Positions 7,632 through 15,829 of a stretch of DNA of 64,000 bases are shown here, one piece after another (position 1 is the first letter of the stretch; each line of letters opens with the position of its first letter). The notes beneath the pieces are model-generated. The model saw only the letters and a list, made by a program, of their open reading frames with translations. It was not told where the DNA came from and made no database searches. The DNA is from a virus, in the IMG/VR virus record IMGVR_UViG_3300045988_171964. One strand, 5' to 3'. Both the position numbers and the translations under genes were made by a program.

Positions 7632-7693
7632 CGCCTATGGTTGGCCGAGGATGATATGCTTCATCCTTCAGGGTCCGAATCCCTGGTGGGCGA
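7632..7693 (+). other. tRNA-like element: acceptor-like pairing, one 7-bp hairpin and a T-arm-like hairpin, with no D-arm
   Basis: cgcctat pairs with gtgggcg (2 G-T pairs). caggg-tccgaat-ccctg resembles a T-arm (canonical loop TTCGAAT). aggatga-tatgct-tcatcct sits in the anticodon-arm position. Confidence 0.3.
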
Positions 7694-7755
7694 CAAGAGA
7701 AGAAAAGAAGATAAAAAGGTGTTGAGAATTTACTTTGCAAATAAAACAAACGTTA

Positions 7756-7795
7756 AAAATGCACCTAAAAGCGCAATTAAAGTGCATTTTATTTG
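7756..7795 (+). terminator. Hairpin with a T-rich tail
   Basis: aaaatgcac-N17-gtgcatttt followed by atttgg. Confidence 0.35.
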
Positions 7796-7815
7796 GTAGT
7801 TTCAGAAATTCTTTG

Positions 7816-7823
7816 TACCTTTG
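7816..7823 (+). promoter_or_regulatory. Bacteroidota-type -7 box (TACCTTTG)
   Basis: ctttgtaccTTTGcaaatag lies about 90 nt upstream of the ATG at 7911. Confidence 0.55.
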
Positions 7824-7910
7824 CAAATAGAAAAAAACAAGAAGATAAATAAAAACAATAACCGGCTGTGCCAGATAGCCAAATAAGTCTCAAGGGCATG
7901 AGCAGAGAAT

Positions 7911-9290
7911 ATGATTATTACTTTCAAGGAGTTTAAGACAAAAGTTCGTAACAACGCTATCGTATGTTTCGGATCATTCAGATTTGACGAGGCGGAAGAG
8001 ACCAAGGGTCGCGAGGTTTCTATCCATCGTTTCGGTAAGAGCACGCAGTACCAATTTTGCGATGCTTCCTGCATCTTTGACCTTCCGCTTGTAGATAGCT
8101 ATAAGATGGATGTTTATACTGAGCATGAGTATTATGGTTATGGAAGTTATTACGGAACTTACTACGTAAAAGAGGACACTCCTGTAGATTTCGCTGCTAA
8201 TAAGTTCTTTATCATCGCTCCTGACTTCCTCGTTGACATCGAGAAGGCTTATAAGCGCAAGAATGATTATAAGCACTGCTGCATCAATAACTACGTGATT
8301 TCTTCCGTTTCCGTAGCTTGTGCTACCTGGATGCGTCTTACTGACTACCTGAAGGGCAAAAATGAGGTGGAGTTTCTGGATGGCACTATCCGTATCGGTG
8401 AGTGCGAGAAGGATGAAGCCAAGTTAACGGCAAAGGTACGCAAGTACATCGGTTTCGCTGAGAAGGCATTCAAGAAGTATCTTGAAAAGAACGGTCTTGC
8501 CAACGAAAACGAGTATCTGGATATGCTTGCACGTAAGGAAGCAGAGAAGAAGGAGGAGGAGAAGGCAGCGAAAAAAGCTGAGAAGGCGAGAGCTAAGGAA
8601 CTGGCTTATATAAATGACCATATTTTCATTCAGAACAAACGAAATTCGGAAGCCTACAAGCAGGTTATCAATCGCCTGAATACTGGTTCTCATCTGGACG
8701 AATTAAGTGCTTATATTGGAAGAGAAAATGGCATAAATTGTTATGAATCCAGGGATTTTGACGGATATAGTAAGAGCTGTCGTTTCCCTATGATACGCCG
8801 CTCATTTAGCCTGTACTTGAAGAAGGGATATAATATCCATATCGTGGGCGGTCTGATTACCTTTGTGCGTGGAGAAATCAAACGTAGTGGTGTGGCTTGC
8901 GAATGGATTGAGCAGGGCAGGGCTATTGATGATATTGAGACCGTGAAGGGCTTCCTGGTAAGGGGTGAACACATCGTGGCAAAGTCTCTGAAGGAGGCGC
9001 AGCGTATCAATGCGGAGAAGCGAAATAAGCAGGCTCTTAGCCTACTGAATGCCAGAAGCAAGAATCAGCTCATTTACCAGAAGGTAGGAGATCACATGTT
9101 CACCTTTGAGGAGTCTTTGGCTTCCGGCAACTGCCGTCCTGGTACTCAGAACTTCAAAAACCGCTACGAGGCTGCCATCGGTCACGAGGCCACCGAGATT
9201 TCGCTTGCCGACCTTCGTAAGTATGGTAAGAAGTTCGGTCTTGAAGAATATACCGAGCGTGTTATCCGCTATGTTATGAACAGATTGTAG
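7911..9290 (+). CDS. Hypothetical protein (459 aa) with a central K/E/A-rich coiled-coil-like tract
   Basis: Long clean ORF. The tract is RKEAEKKEEEKAAKKAEKARAKE. Confidence 0.75.
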   Translation: MIITFKEFKTKVRNNAIVCFGSFRFDEAEETKGREVSIHRFGKSTQYQFCDASCIFDLPLVDSYKMDVYTEHEYYGYGSYYGTYYVKEDTPVDFAANKFFIIAPDFLVDIEKAYKRKNDYKHCCINNYVISSVSVACATWMRLTDYLKGKNEVEFLDGTIRIGECEKDEAKLTAKVRKYIGFAEKAFKKYLEKNGLANENEYLDMLARKEAEKKEEEKAAKKAEKARAKELAYINDHIFIQNKRNSEAYKQVINRLNTGSHLDELSAYIGRENGINCYESRDFDGYSKSCRFPMIRRSFSLYLKKGYNIHIVGGLITFVRGEIKRSGVACEWIEQGRAIDDIETVKGFLVRGEHIVAKSLKEAQRINAEKRNKQALSLLNARSKNQLIYQKVGDHMFTFEESLASGNCRPGTQNFKNRYEAAIGHEATEISLADLRKYGKKFGLEEYTERVIRYVMNRL

Positions 9291-9313
9291 AATTATATAT
9301 TACTTTATAGAAT

Positions 9314-9538
9314 ATGGAAAAAATAATATTATCACCCTTGCAGCTATCCTCAGTAGCCAAAAGCTACTATGAGGGTAGCATCCCTAAGAACACTTACGGG
9401 ATGGAGAAGTATGTAGCCACCGATGGCGAGAATGCGATGTTTGTAAAATCAGACTATCAGCCTGCACCGGGCGAAGTAGTCTTTTATATCAAGCGCATGA
9501 GATCAGAGCTGTACTGCCAGCTCTATAAAGAATCATAA
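9314..9538 (+). CDS. Hypothetical protein (74 aa)
   Basis: ORF in a tight co-oriented operon. Confidence 0.55.
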   Translation: MEKIILSPLQLSSVAKSYYEGSIPKNTYGMEKYVATDGENAMFVKSDYQPAPGEVVFYIKRMRSELYCQLYKES

Positions 9539-9551
9539 AATACTTGGAGAT

Positions 9552-10079
9552 ATGGCAAAAAGAGAAATTCCCCTGTTTATTATAGACACGCTGCGAAATC
9601 ACAAGCGTGGTGAGTGTGACTTCCTCGTCTGCACTGATAAGGATTGCGGTTTTATCGCGAAGGTAGATTACATCGACGAGGAAAAGGAGGAGGTGGGCGA
9701 TGATTACCGCATCGGTTTTCCTCGCCGTGGTTGCAGCTTGAGAATCAAGATTCATCAGATGATAGGTCAGCACCCTGATACGGGCAGAATAAGAACCTTG
9801 CTGAAGAAGGGTATGGAGTACTTCATGAAGGCTGTTACCTGCGAGGTTCACGTAAACAATCCGAGCCGCGAGGAGTGTGCTGACTTCCTGAATACGCTGG
9901 TCCGTATGAATAGGCAGTATGTTGACGATGCCGGCTCAGACTATCACGCCCGCCAGGCTACCATCCACACCATTATGATGCTGGAGGCTACGAGAAAGCT
10001 CCTTCTGGAAAAGCAGGAAGGTATCGGGATTGAGAACGGCGGCGATAATGATCCGCTCAAAGGTGTAGATTTTAAGTAA
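9552..10079 (+). CDS. Hypothetical protein (175 aa)
   Basis: ORF in a tight operon. Confidence 0.65.
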   Translation: MAKREIPLFIIDTLRNHKRGECDFLVCTDKDCGFIAKVDYIDEEKEEVGDDYRIGFPRRGCSLRIKIHQMIGQHPDTGRIRTLLKKGMEYFMKAVTCEVHVNNPSREECADFLNTLVRMNRQYVDDAGSDYHARQATIHTIMMLEATRKLLLEKQEGIGIENGGDNDPLKGVDFK

Positions 10080-10080
10080 T

Positions 10081-10119
10081 AATCATTCAGCCCTCGACAT
10101 CATGGTTAAGTCATAAGAT
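10081..10119 (+). promoter_or_regulatory. Conserved leader, copy 1 (AGCCCT...stem-loop...AAGATATG family)
   Basis: aatcattcagccctcgacatcatggttaagtcataagat abuts the ATG at 10120. Confidence 0.5.
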
Positions 10120-10665
10120 ATGAAGATTTTAGAAACAAATACGAGAACTTTGGTTGTTTCCCAAAACGCTGATGGTTCTTTACTTATTACAGAAAAAGGT
10201 TTGCCAATCAAGAATGCAGGTAACTTCATCCTTAATCTCGGTGGCATTGATGCTGTTCTGGCAAAATGCAAGGATATGACTGAAGAGGAACTTCTGGCAG
10301 AGAAGAAGAGTAAGTTGAAAAAGCAGAAAGCAAAACATGAAGAACTGCAACGCAGAATCTTGGCGGAGAATGCTCTGATTGAAACAGCATACAAGAAAGT
10401 GTTTACTGATGGTGCAACTGTTGAGTCTACTCCTCATAATATTTATGTATTGCTTTCTTTCCTTAATACGCAAAATTGGGGAATGTGGAATTTGCCAAAA
10501 ATGACTATTGGCTACAAGTGTAATCAATATGATTGTGATGGCAAACAGGCAACTACCATCATTCTTGATAAGCCAATCCTCTATAAAGGAGAAATGCTTT
10601 CACACATCCAGGTTGGTGCACCACGTGGGCATCTTACGCAATATGCAAGATTATCTTTTAACTAA
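10120..10665 (+). CDS. Hypothetical protein (181 aa)
   Basis: ORF after the conserved leader. Confidence 0.65.
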   Translation: MKILETNTRTLVVSQNADGSLLITEKGLPIKNAGNFILNLGGIDAVLAKCKDMTEEELLAEKKSKLKKQKAKHEELQRRILAENALIETAYKKVFTDGATVESTPHNIYVLLSFLNTQNWGMWNLPKMTIGYKCNQYDCDGKQATTIILDKPILYKGEMLSHIQVGAPRGHLTQYARLSFN

Positions 10666-10671
10666 TTATAT

Positions 10672-10705
10672 AGCCCTAGGCGCAGCACGGTTAAGCGAAA
10701 AGAAT
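10672..10705 (+). promoter_or_regulatory. Conserved leader, copy 2
   Basis: agccctaggcgcagcacggttaagcgaaaagaat abuts the ATG at 10706. Confidence 0.5.
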
Positions 10706-11017
10706 ATGGAGAATATATTAGCAAAGACGGTGAAGGAAAATGGAAATATCGACTTAAACGAATTAAGTTGGAAGCAGGTCGTTGCACTCCTTGGTGCCTG
10801 GGATTCCAGATTCGCAAGAAATGAGAACACGTCGTTCTCGGAGATGGTGAAGCGATGCTATAAATCACGTCCGTGGCACGAGAATGCGAATATCATCTAT
10901 TTGCATCGAAATAATCAGAAAACCACCATTCTTCCTCATGCCTGTTATAACCTCGACGAAGCAGAGGAAGATATGATATTTAATTTGCTCAAAAAGCAAT
11001 TTCTACAGAAGTTGTAG
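10706..11017 (+). CDS. Hypothetical protein (103 aa, MENILAKTV...)
   Basis: This internal ATG of track ORF 10508..11017 follows the leader and does not overlap the upstream gene. Confidence 0.6.
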   Translation: MENILAKTVKENGNIDLNELSWKQVVALLGAWDSRFARNENTSFSEMVKRCYKSRPWHENANIIYLHRNNQKTTILPHACYNLDEAEEDMIFNLLKKQFLQKL

Positions 11018-11027
11018 AATAAAAAAT

Positions 11028-11047
11028 GCCCCGACCGAAGCCGGGGC
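11028..11047. terminator. GC hairpin (GCCCCG / CGGGGC) with an A-run on its 5' side
   Basis: aaaaaat-gccccgaccgaagccggggc at the start of a 280-bp structured non-coding stretch. Confidence 0.35.
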
Positions 11048-11270
11048 AACCGCGAGCCTTCTGGCTCGAATCTACTATAGTAGAAATTTGGCTCTTTAAG
11101 AGCGTTTGAATCCACAGACTTTTGAAAGTCTGACCGTCAACGGAAGTTTTATGTTTCTTTTTATTCCATAAAGGTACGATTGAAATCTTCCGAAGATGGT
11201 GCAAATTTAAAAAATAAAACAATACGGTGTATCAATTTACTCGAAAAATTATAGAATTTTAAGTTTTCAA

Positions 11271-11303
11271 AGCCCTACCGCATCGCGGATAAGCGGAATA
11301 AAG
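11271..11303 (+). promoter_or_regulatory. Conserved leader, copy 3
   Basis: agccctaccgcatcgcggataagcggaataaag abuts the ATG at 11304. Confidence 0.5.
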
Positions 11304-11582
11304 ATGTTTAAGATATTGCACGCCTTCCTTGATTATCCCTTCTGCTCGTTCGAGTTTCTAAACCTCGACACTCAGGAGCATATATTTGCCTCATTCTTCG
11401 ATGATCCTCTCTATGAGCTTCAGAAAGAGTGCGGAGTGAATTACGACCACGAATTAGAAGGGAAGATAATAGAGAAGATTCCGTCCGATTTGCGCATACA
11501 TACCAGGGAGTATGCCGTTATCAGGGCGCAACAATATTTGGAGGGTTCTTGGTTCTTTCCCTGGCTAAAGAAGAAAAAGTAA
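11304..11582 (+). CDS. Hypothetical protein (92 aa)
   Basis: ORF after the conserved leader. Confidence 0.6.
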   Translation: MFKILHAFLDYPFCSFEFLNLDTQEHIFASFFDDPLYELQKECGVNYDHELEGKIIEKIPSDLRIHTREYAVIRAQQYLEGSWFFPWLKKKK

Positions 11583-11585
11583 TAT

Positions 11586-11625
11586 AATCATTCAGCCCTA
11601 CGCATCACGGATAAGCGGAAAAGAT
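11586..11625 (+). promoter_or_regulatory. Conserved leader, copy 4
   Basis: aatcattcagccctacgcatcacggataagcggaaaagat abuts the ATG at 11626. Confidence 0.5.
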
Positions 11626-12189
11626 ATGGAGATCAATAAAACATCAAATAAGAAAGGCAGACCAGCAGCAGAGGGCAGCGTCCACAAATATGTGGTGCCT
11701 GATGACGTGCACGACTGGATCAGAAAGCATGGAGGCAGTAGATATATCACGGATATTGTACGCGCTATCGAGGCTGCGACCTTAAAGGCGCAGGAACGGC
11801 AGCAGAAAAGCAAGGAGAAGAAAGAGGATAGTCACGACAGCAGCCATTCGGTACAGGCTTCTAACTTCAAACAGGTAATCGAGCATATTTGCATACCTGT
11901 GACAGACGAACCTATCGAGGAGGAGGATTGCAAGCTGATTTGCAATGTGAAACGTATCAGATATGGCTATCCTTTAAATTCTGATTCTGGTGGTGGATCA
12001 TGGAGGATAGATGAAGATGTAGATGCAACTACCCTTCATAAACTTGTCGAAATAATTCGTCAGTGTTTTGAGAGTGACTATGAAAACGGTCTTTGCTCAG
12101 GAACTCCTCACAGATTTGAAGATTACGTTATAGAAGGCATAGAGATTTGCAAAGATACTCGGGTAGCTACTGTTACCTTCGGCAGCTAG
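11626..12189 (+). CDS. Hypothetical protein (187 aa), possibly with an N-terminal ribbon-helix-helix-like DNA-binding segment
   Basis: KYVVPDDVHDWIRKHGGSRYITDIVRAIEA has a strand-helix-helix pattern. This is a weak inference. Confidence 0.6.
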   Translation: MEINKTSNKKGRPAAEGSVHKYVVPDDVHDWIRKHGGSRYITDIVRAIEAATLKAQERQQKSKEKKEDSHDSSHSVQASNFKQVIEHICIPVTDEPIEEEDCKLICNVKRIRYGYPLNSDSGGGSWRIDEDVDATTLHKLVEIIRQCFESDYENGLCSGTPHRFEDYVIEGIEICKDTRVATVTFGS

Positions 12190-12209
12190 TCACTCCTCGT
12201 TATATATAA

Positions 12210-12231
12210 CATCGGTGAAACTTCACCGATG
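12210..12231 (+). terminator. Hairpin after 11626..12189
   Basis: catcggtga-aact-tcaccgatg, a 9-bp stem. Confidence 0.4.
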
Positions 12232-12283
12232 CTGCGACAAAATTATAAACTTCAATTTTAATACATTTAAAGATTATAGCATT

Positions 12284-12406
12284 ATGAAAAAAGCAATCAC
12301 ATATTCCGTTGCAGCCATCGCCCTGGTAGGCGTAGCTGTGCTGCTCTTCTCTACCATCGGTATAGCAGTGTTCTTCCTGCCACTTCTGGCTGGAGCATTC
12401 AAATAA
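12284..12406 (+). CDS. Very small membrane protein (40 aa, MKKAITYSVAAIALVG...)
   Basis: Internal ATG of ORF 12215..12406, preceded by taaagattatagcatt. The peptide is almost entirely hydrophobic. Confidence 0.45.
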   Translation: MKKAITYSVAAIALVGVAVLLFSTIGIAVFFLPLLAGAFK

Positions 12407-12452
12407 AATATATCAATTTTAATACTTTCGTTTTTTTAAAGATTATAAGATT

Positions 12453-14231
12453 ATGACTAATAAGGAACTGAACATGGCTATCCTCAGCAAACTGTATGAA
12501 ATAGCTGAAATGATTTGGCAGAAGATGGTAAGAAACGACCACGGTTGTTTTCGTGCCAGCGAGATAGCAAAGAACCTGGGTAAGATTTTCTATTGGGATG
12601 ATGCAGATAAGGATGAGCTTATCCAGATAGAGGTAGGCGGTTTCCGCTGCGAGTTTGCTGCTGCGCATATCTTCCGTCTTGTTACCAAGTTCGAGAGTCT
12701 TGCCGGTATCGGCAAGAATGCGCACATGTTTACTTATCAGGAGGAGGACGGTAAGGAATGTGGCCGCGTATGTTTCCAGGCTACCAGGGAGATGGCAGAG
12801 CTTTGCGATTTCGTCAGTAAAAAGCATAATATGGGGGCAAAAACCAGTATCTTTATAGATACAGAGAAAAACCGCCTGGTGGCTACTGATAGCTATAAGT
12901 TGTTGGCTATTCCTGTTACCATCACTCAGAAATCGGGAGATACCCGCGAAATGCTTATCAACGCGAAGACCTGGAAAAAGATGTGCGCAAAGATGAAGAA
13001 GGGAGAAACCTACGAACTGATGGCTACCAAACTGGATAACCGCGAAGAGGCTACTGTGATTGAGTTTGAAGGCGTGACTTCCTACGAGCCTTCTACTTGT
13101 CGTTTTGTGAACTGGGCATACTGCTTTAGCAAGTTATCGGCAGAGCATTCTGTGCATCTGGGCAGCAGTTGGGAGGCTATCCAGCAGATGATCCGCTCTG
13201 TAAACGAAGAATTGGTTTATCTTTCCGGTAAGCAGGGCGAGAAAGTTATCACGGTAAAGATGGGCGAAAATTGGGCTACCTTTGCTACGGATGAGGTGTT
13301 TGCTCATAGCTTTAATCTCTGTTTTATGGGCGAAAAACTGCTTTCCATCTCACAGTTAGATGTGCTCTATCTGGACATGGAGGCTAATACACCAAAGCCT
13401 GCAGTATGCGGAAACGGATATATCTATTTAATCTGTCCTTACACGATGGGCGATGCCTATGTGGGCGAACTGGTGGCCGATGGCGTTTACGATGCTGGTA
13501 AGGCAGGTAATCTTATCGACCTTTTACAGCAGAGCTGCGAAATCACTACTCCTGTGGTATCTGAAAAGAAAGTTGTTCCTGTGGTATCATCTTCTGAAAA
13601 GGCTGCGTCATCTTCTGAGAAGAAAAAGAAGTCTGTGGATGATAGCCGCAAGTTTACTTTTGATAAGATCGGCATCGAGCCTGGCGACATCATTACTTTT
13701 ATCCATGGTGGGCAGAGGGTTATCACGATAGACAATAACAAGGTGGTATACCAGGGCAAGGTTTATACTCTTTCCGGCTTCTGTAAGGAGTTTATGCCTG
13801 ATGATAGACGGAATAAGGCTAACAGCTATCGTGGCTGCGCTTTCTTCGCCTACAAAGGTGTGAAGCTGGATAAGATGTTCAAGGAGGCGCTGAAGGCTAA
13901 GGAGCATGCAGATTTGGCACAGGATAAGGAGGAAGACGAGAAAGAAACAAAACACCTTTCCGTTCCTGCGGCTATCATAAAGATGAATATTGCCGAGTTG
14001 CTTGCATCACCATCGTACACCAAAGATTTTAAGCCTGTATGCGGCTATCTTGTATCGTCGCCTATCATTGTACCATTTGGACGTGATAAGGACGTAGGCG
14101 CAAGGAAAACCCACTATCTGGTAGGCGTGGCTGCGCAGCCTATGCCACCACCTGGGAACGCAAGAAAGCTTTTGCCCTTACAGGGCGAGAGGGGCGCGCC
14201 TATGATTACCCATGGTGTTGCCCTGGGCTAG
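12453..14231 (+). CDS. Large protein (592 aa) with a sliding-clamp (DnaN)-like central region plus an unrelated C-terminal extension
   Basis: NRLVATDSYKLLAIPV resembles the DnaN ATDGHRLA motif. The downstream CRFVNWAYCF resembles the FPDY region. The call is by eye only. Confidence 0.7.
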   Translation: MTNKELNMAILSKLYEIAEMIWQKMVRNDHGCFRASEIAKNLGKIFYWDDADKDELIQIEVGGFRCEFAAAHIFRLVTKFESLAGIGKNAHMFTYQEEDGKECGRVCFQATREMAELCDFVSKKHNMGAKTSIFIDTEKNRLVATDSYKLLAIPVTITQKSGDTREMLINAKTWKKMCAKMKKGETYELMATKLDNREEATVIEFEGVTSYEPSTCRFVNWAYCFSKLSAEHSVHLGSSWEAIQQMIRSVNEELVYLSGKQGEKVITVKMGENWATFATDEVFAHSFNLCFMGEKLLSISQLDVLYLDMEANTPKPAVCGNGYIYLICPYTMGDAYVGELVADGVYDAGKAGNLIDLLQQSCEITTPVVSEKKVVPVVSSSEKAASSSEKKKKSVDDSRKFTFDKIGIEPGDIITFIHGGQRVITIDNNKVVYQGKVYTLSGFCKEFMPDDRRNKANSYRGCAFFAYKGVKLDKMFKEALKAKEHADLAQDKEEDEKETKHLSVPAAIIKMNIAELLASPSYTKDFKPVCGYLVSSPIIVPFGRDKDVGARKTHYLVGVAAQPMPPPGNARKLLPLQGERGAPMITHGVALG

Positions 14232-14320
14232 GAGCTTCTGCCCCTTCAGGGCGTGCTACTTGAGGAAATTTAATAAAAAAACGTAAGGGTATATAATAAT
14301 TCCGGAGGCCTTTGCGTTAT

Positions 14321-14350
14321 CAATTATAGAACAATTTTAAAACTAAAATT
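14321..14350 (+). promoter_or_regulatory. Cassette junction motif (outlying copy)
   Basis: caattatagaacaattttaaaactaaaatt abuts the ATG at 14351. Confidence 0.5.
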
Positions 14351-15163
14351 ATGAAAGATAATGAAGTAGTAGTTACTATCCCCTGCAGCGATCATGCCAT
14401 CTTTCTTGATCTTTATGGCATATTGTATGAGCGCATTGGTCTTGCATGGAAGAAAGACAAGGACAGTTTAGAAGGTTCTAAAGAGTCTTATTACATTGAC
14501 AGAGAGGGTTCCTGGCAGATTCCTGAAGGTGTGGATGAATATACTGGAACTTCTATCGTCGCTCATCGTGGAGAAACGATACCTTTTGAAGATCTATGTT
14601 ACGTCTTTGGATATACCCAATATATTCCATCGGTTATTCCTGCCCTGAAGAGTTACGACGTTCATATAGATAAATCGAACATGACCGGTTCCTTGAAGGT
14701 ATTTCTATACCGTGACGGTGACAAACAAAAATACTCGTCCTATAAACTGACTGTAGAAACCGATAATGGCGTATTAGTTATGTCTTTATCTAAGTTTCTG
14801 TACTTTACAGAACTCGGTTTAAAGGATGAGAAAGAGAATATACTAGGGACGTTGAGAGACTACCTGGTTTCTTTTCTGATAGAATACAGCAAGCAAATAG
14901 GGTTCAGGGTTGAATTTGGAATATTCTTCCGGAAATCAACTGCTCGGGAAGCTGACTACCGCAAAAGGCAAAACCGTTTCATCTGCCAGGAAGAAAAGAA
15001 GTATCTCGGACCGATAAGGAAATTTGTGAAGGAGGAATTTGAAAAGGATTGGAACGATGTTCTGGGCAAAGAGAATGAGAGGGAACTATATAAGAAAGAG
15101 CGTGACGAGTGGCAGCAGGAAGCCGCCAGCAGATATGACAAGGACCCGAACCTGATGGAATAG
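14351..15163 (+). CDS. Hypothetical protein (270 aa)
   Basis: Clean ORF after the motif. Confidence 0.7.
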   Translation: MKDNEVVVTIPCSDHAIFLDLYGILYERIGLAWKKDKDSLEGSKESYYIDREGSWQIPEGVDEYTGTSIVAHRGETIPFEDLCYVFGYTQYIPSVIPALKSYDVHIDKSNMTGSLKVFLYRDGDKQKYSSYKLTVETDNGVLVMSLSKFLYFTELGLKDEKENILGTLRDYLVSFLIEYSKQIGFRVEFGIFFRKSTAREADYRKRQNRFICQEEKKYLGPIRKFVKEEFEKDWNDVLGKENERELYKKERDEWQQEAASRYDKDPNLME

Positions 15164-15306
15164 GTTTTCCTACGTTACTCTACCAATATCACCATTACCA
15201 TGGGTAAGAAAGACAGCGAAAAGACCTACTCCACCTTCACGGTTCCAAATGTGAATTTCGAGCGCAACAAGATTACGACGGTTAGGGGGGGGGACAGTAA
15301 GGTAAA

Positions 15307-15345
15307 AAGGTGCATTCGTACTTTGGTATGTTGCACCTTTATTCT
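15307..15345 (+). terminator. Hairpin with a T-rich tail
   Basis: aaggtgca-N17-tgcacctt followed by tattctttattt. Confidence 0.45.
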
Positions 15346-15745
15346 TTATTTCCACGTTTCCACATTTTCACGTTTCCACATTTCCACAAAAGCAGAAACG
15401 CATACACAAATACACAAACGCATAAATACATAAACGCATAAATACATAAACGCACACATCAATAAAGAAATATACAAACAAATGAACAAATAAATGAGTA
15501 AATAAATGCACGAATAAATGAATAAATAAATCAATGCAGGTATCAAGGAATAAAGCAACCAATACACCCATAAATGTACGAATAAACAAATAAATGCACT
15601 CATAAACGCAGAAAGTTATAAAAAAATTTGGTAGTATCAATTTAAATTCTTAATTTTGTAGCGTGTTCAAGAAATAACGCAAAAGGATCGCATAAAAGCA
15701 TGATTCTGTATCTACATATTTCCACAAAAGCAGAAACGCACAAAC
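15340..15745. repeat. Strand-asymmetric A/C-rich repeat tract upstream of parA (candidate centromere/operator or unwinding region)
   Basis: The top strand is almost G-free. aaacgcataaatacat occurs about 2.5 times, AATAAATG boxes recur at about 10-12 bp, and the 23-bp direct repeat atttccacaaaagcagaaacgca lies near 15375 and 15718. Confidence 0.7.
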
Positions 15746-15829
15746 GTGCATTTATGCGTGGATGCGTTAGTGGATTTAAAGAAACGAACACATTAATAAA
15801 TATATAAACGAATTAATACTTTTAAGATT

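Noticed and set aside
7632-7693. Bona fide tRNA gene
   Set aside because: There is no D-arm: only about 8 nt separate the acceptor strand from the central hairpin. The central loop is 6 or 8 nt rather than 7, the variable region is only 2 nt, and there is no CCA. It is kept only as a tRNA-like structure.
14170-14255. Imperfect 22-bp direct repeat (agcttYtgccc(c)ttMcagggcg) spanning the stop of 12453..14231 as a recombination site
   Set aside because: There are only two short, imperfect copies. That is compatible with chance or with a local duplication at the gene end, and there is no supporting context.
15346-15640. Minus-strand ORFs of 85 and 90 aa rich in L/Y/I/C/F
   Set aside because: They are translations of a low-complexity, strand-asymmetric repeat tract. 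Two overlapping frames are open, and there is no start context.
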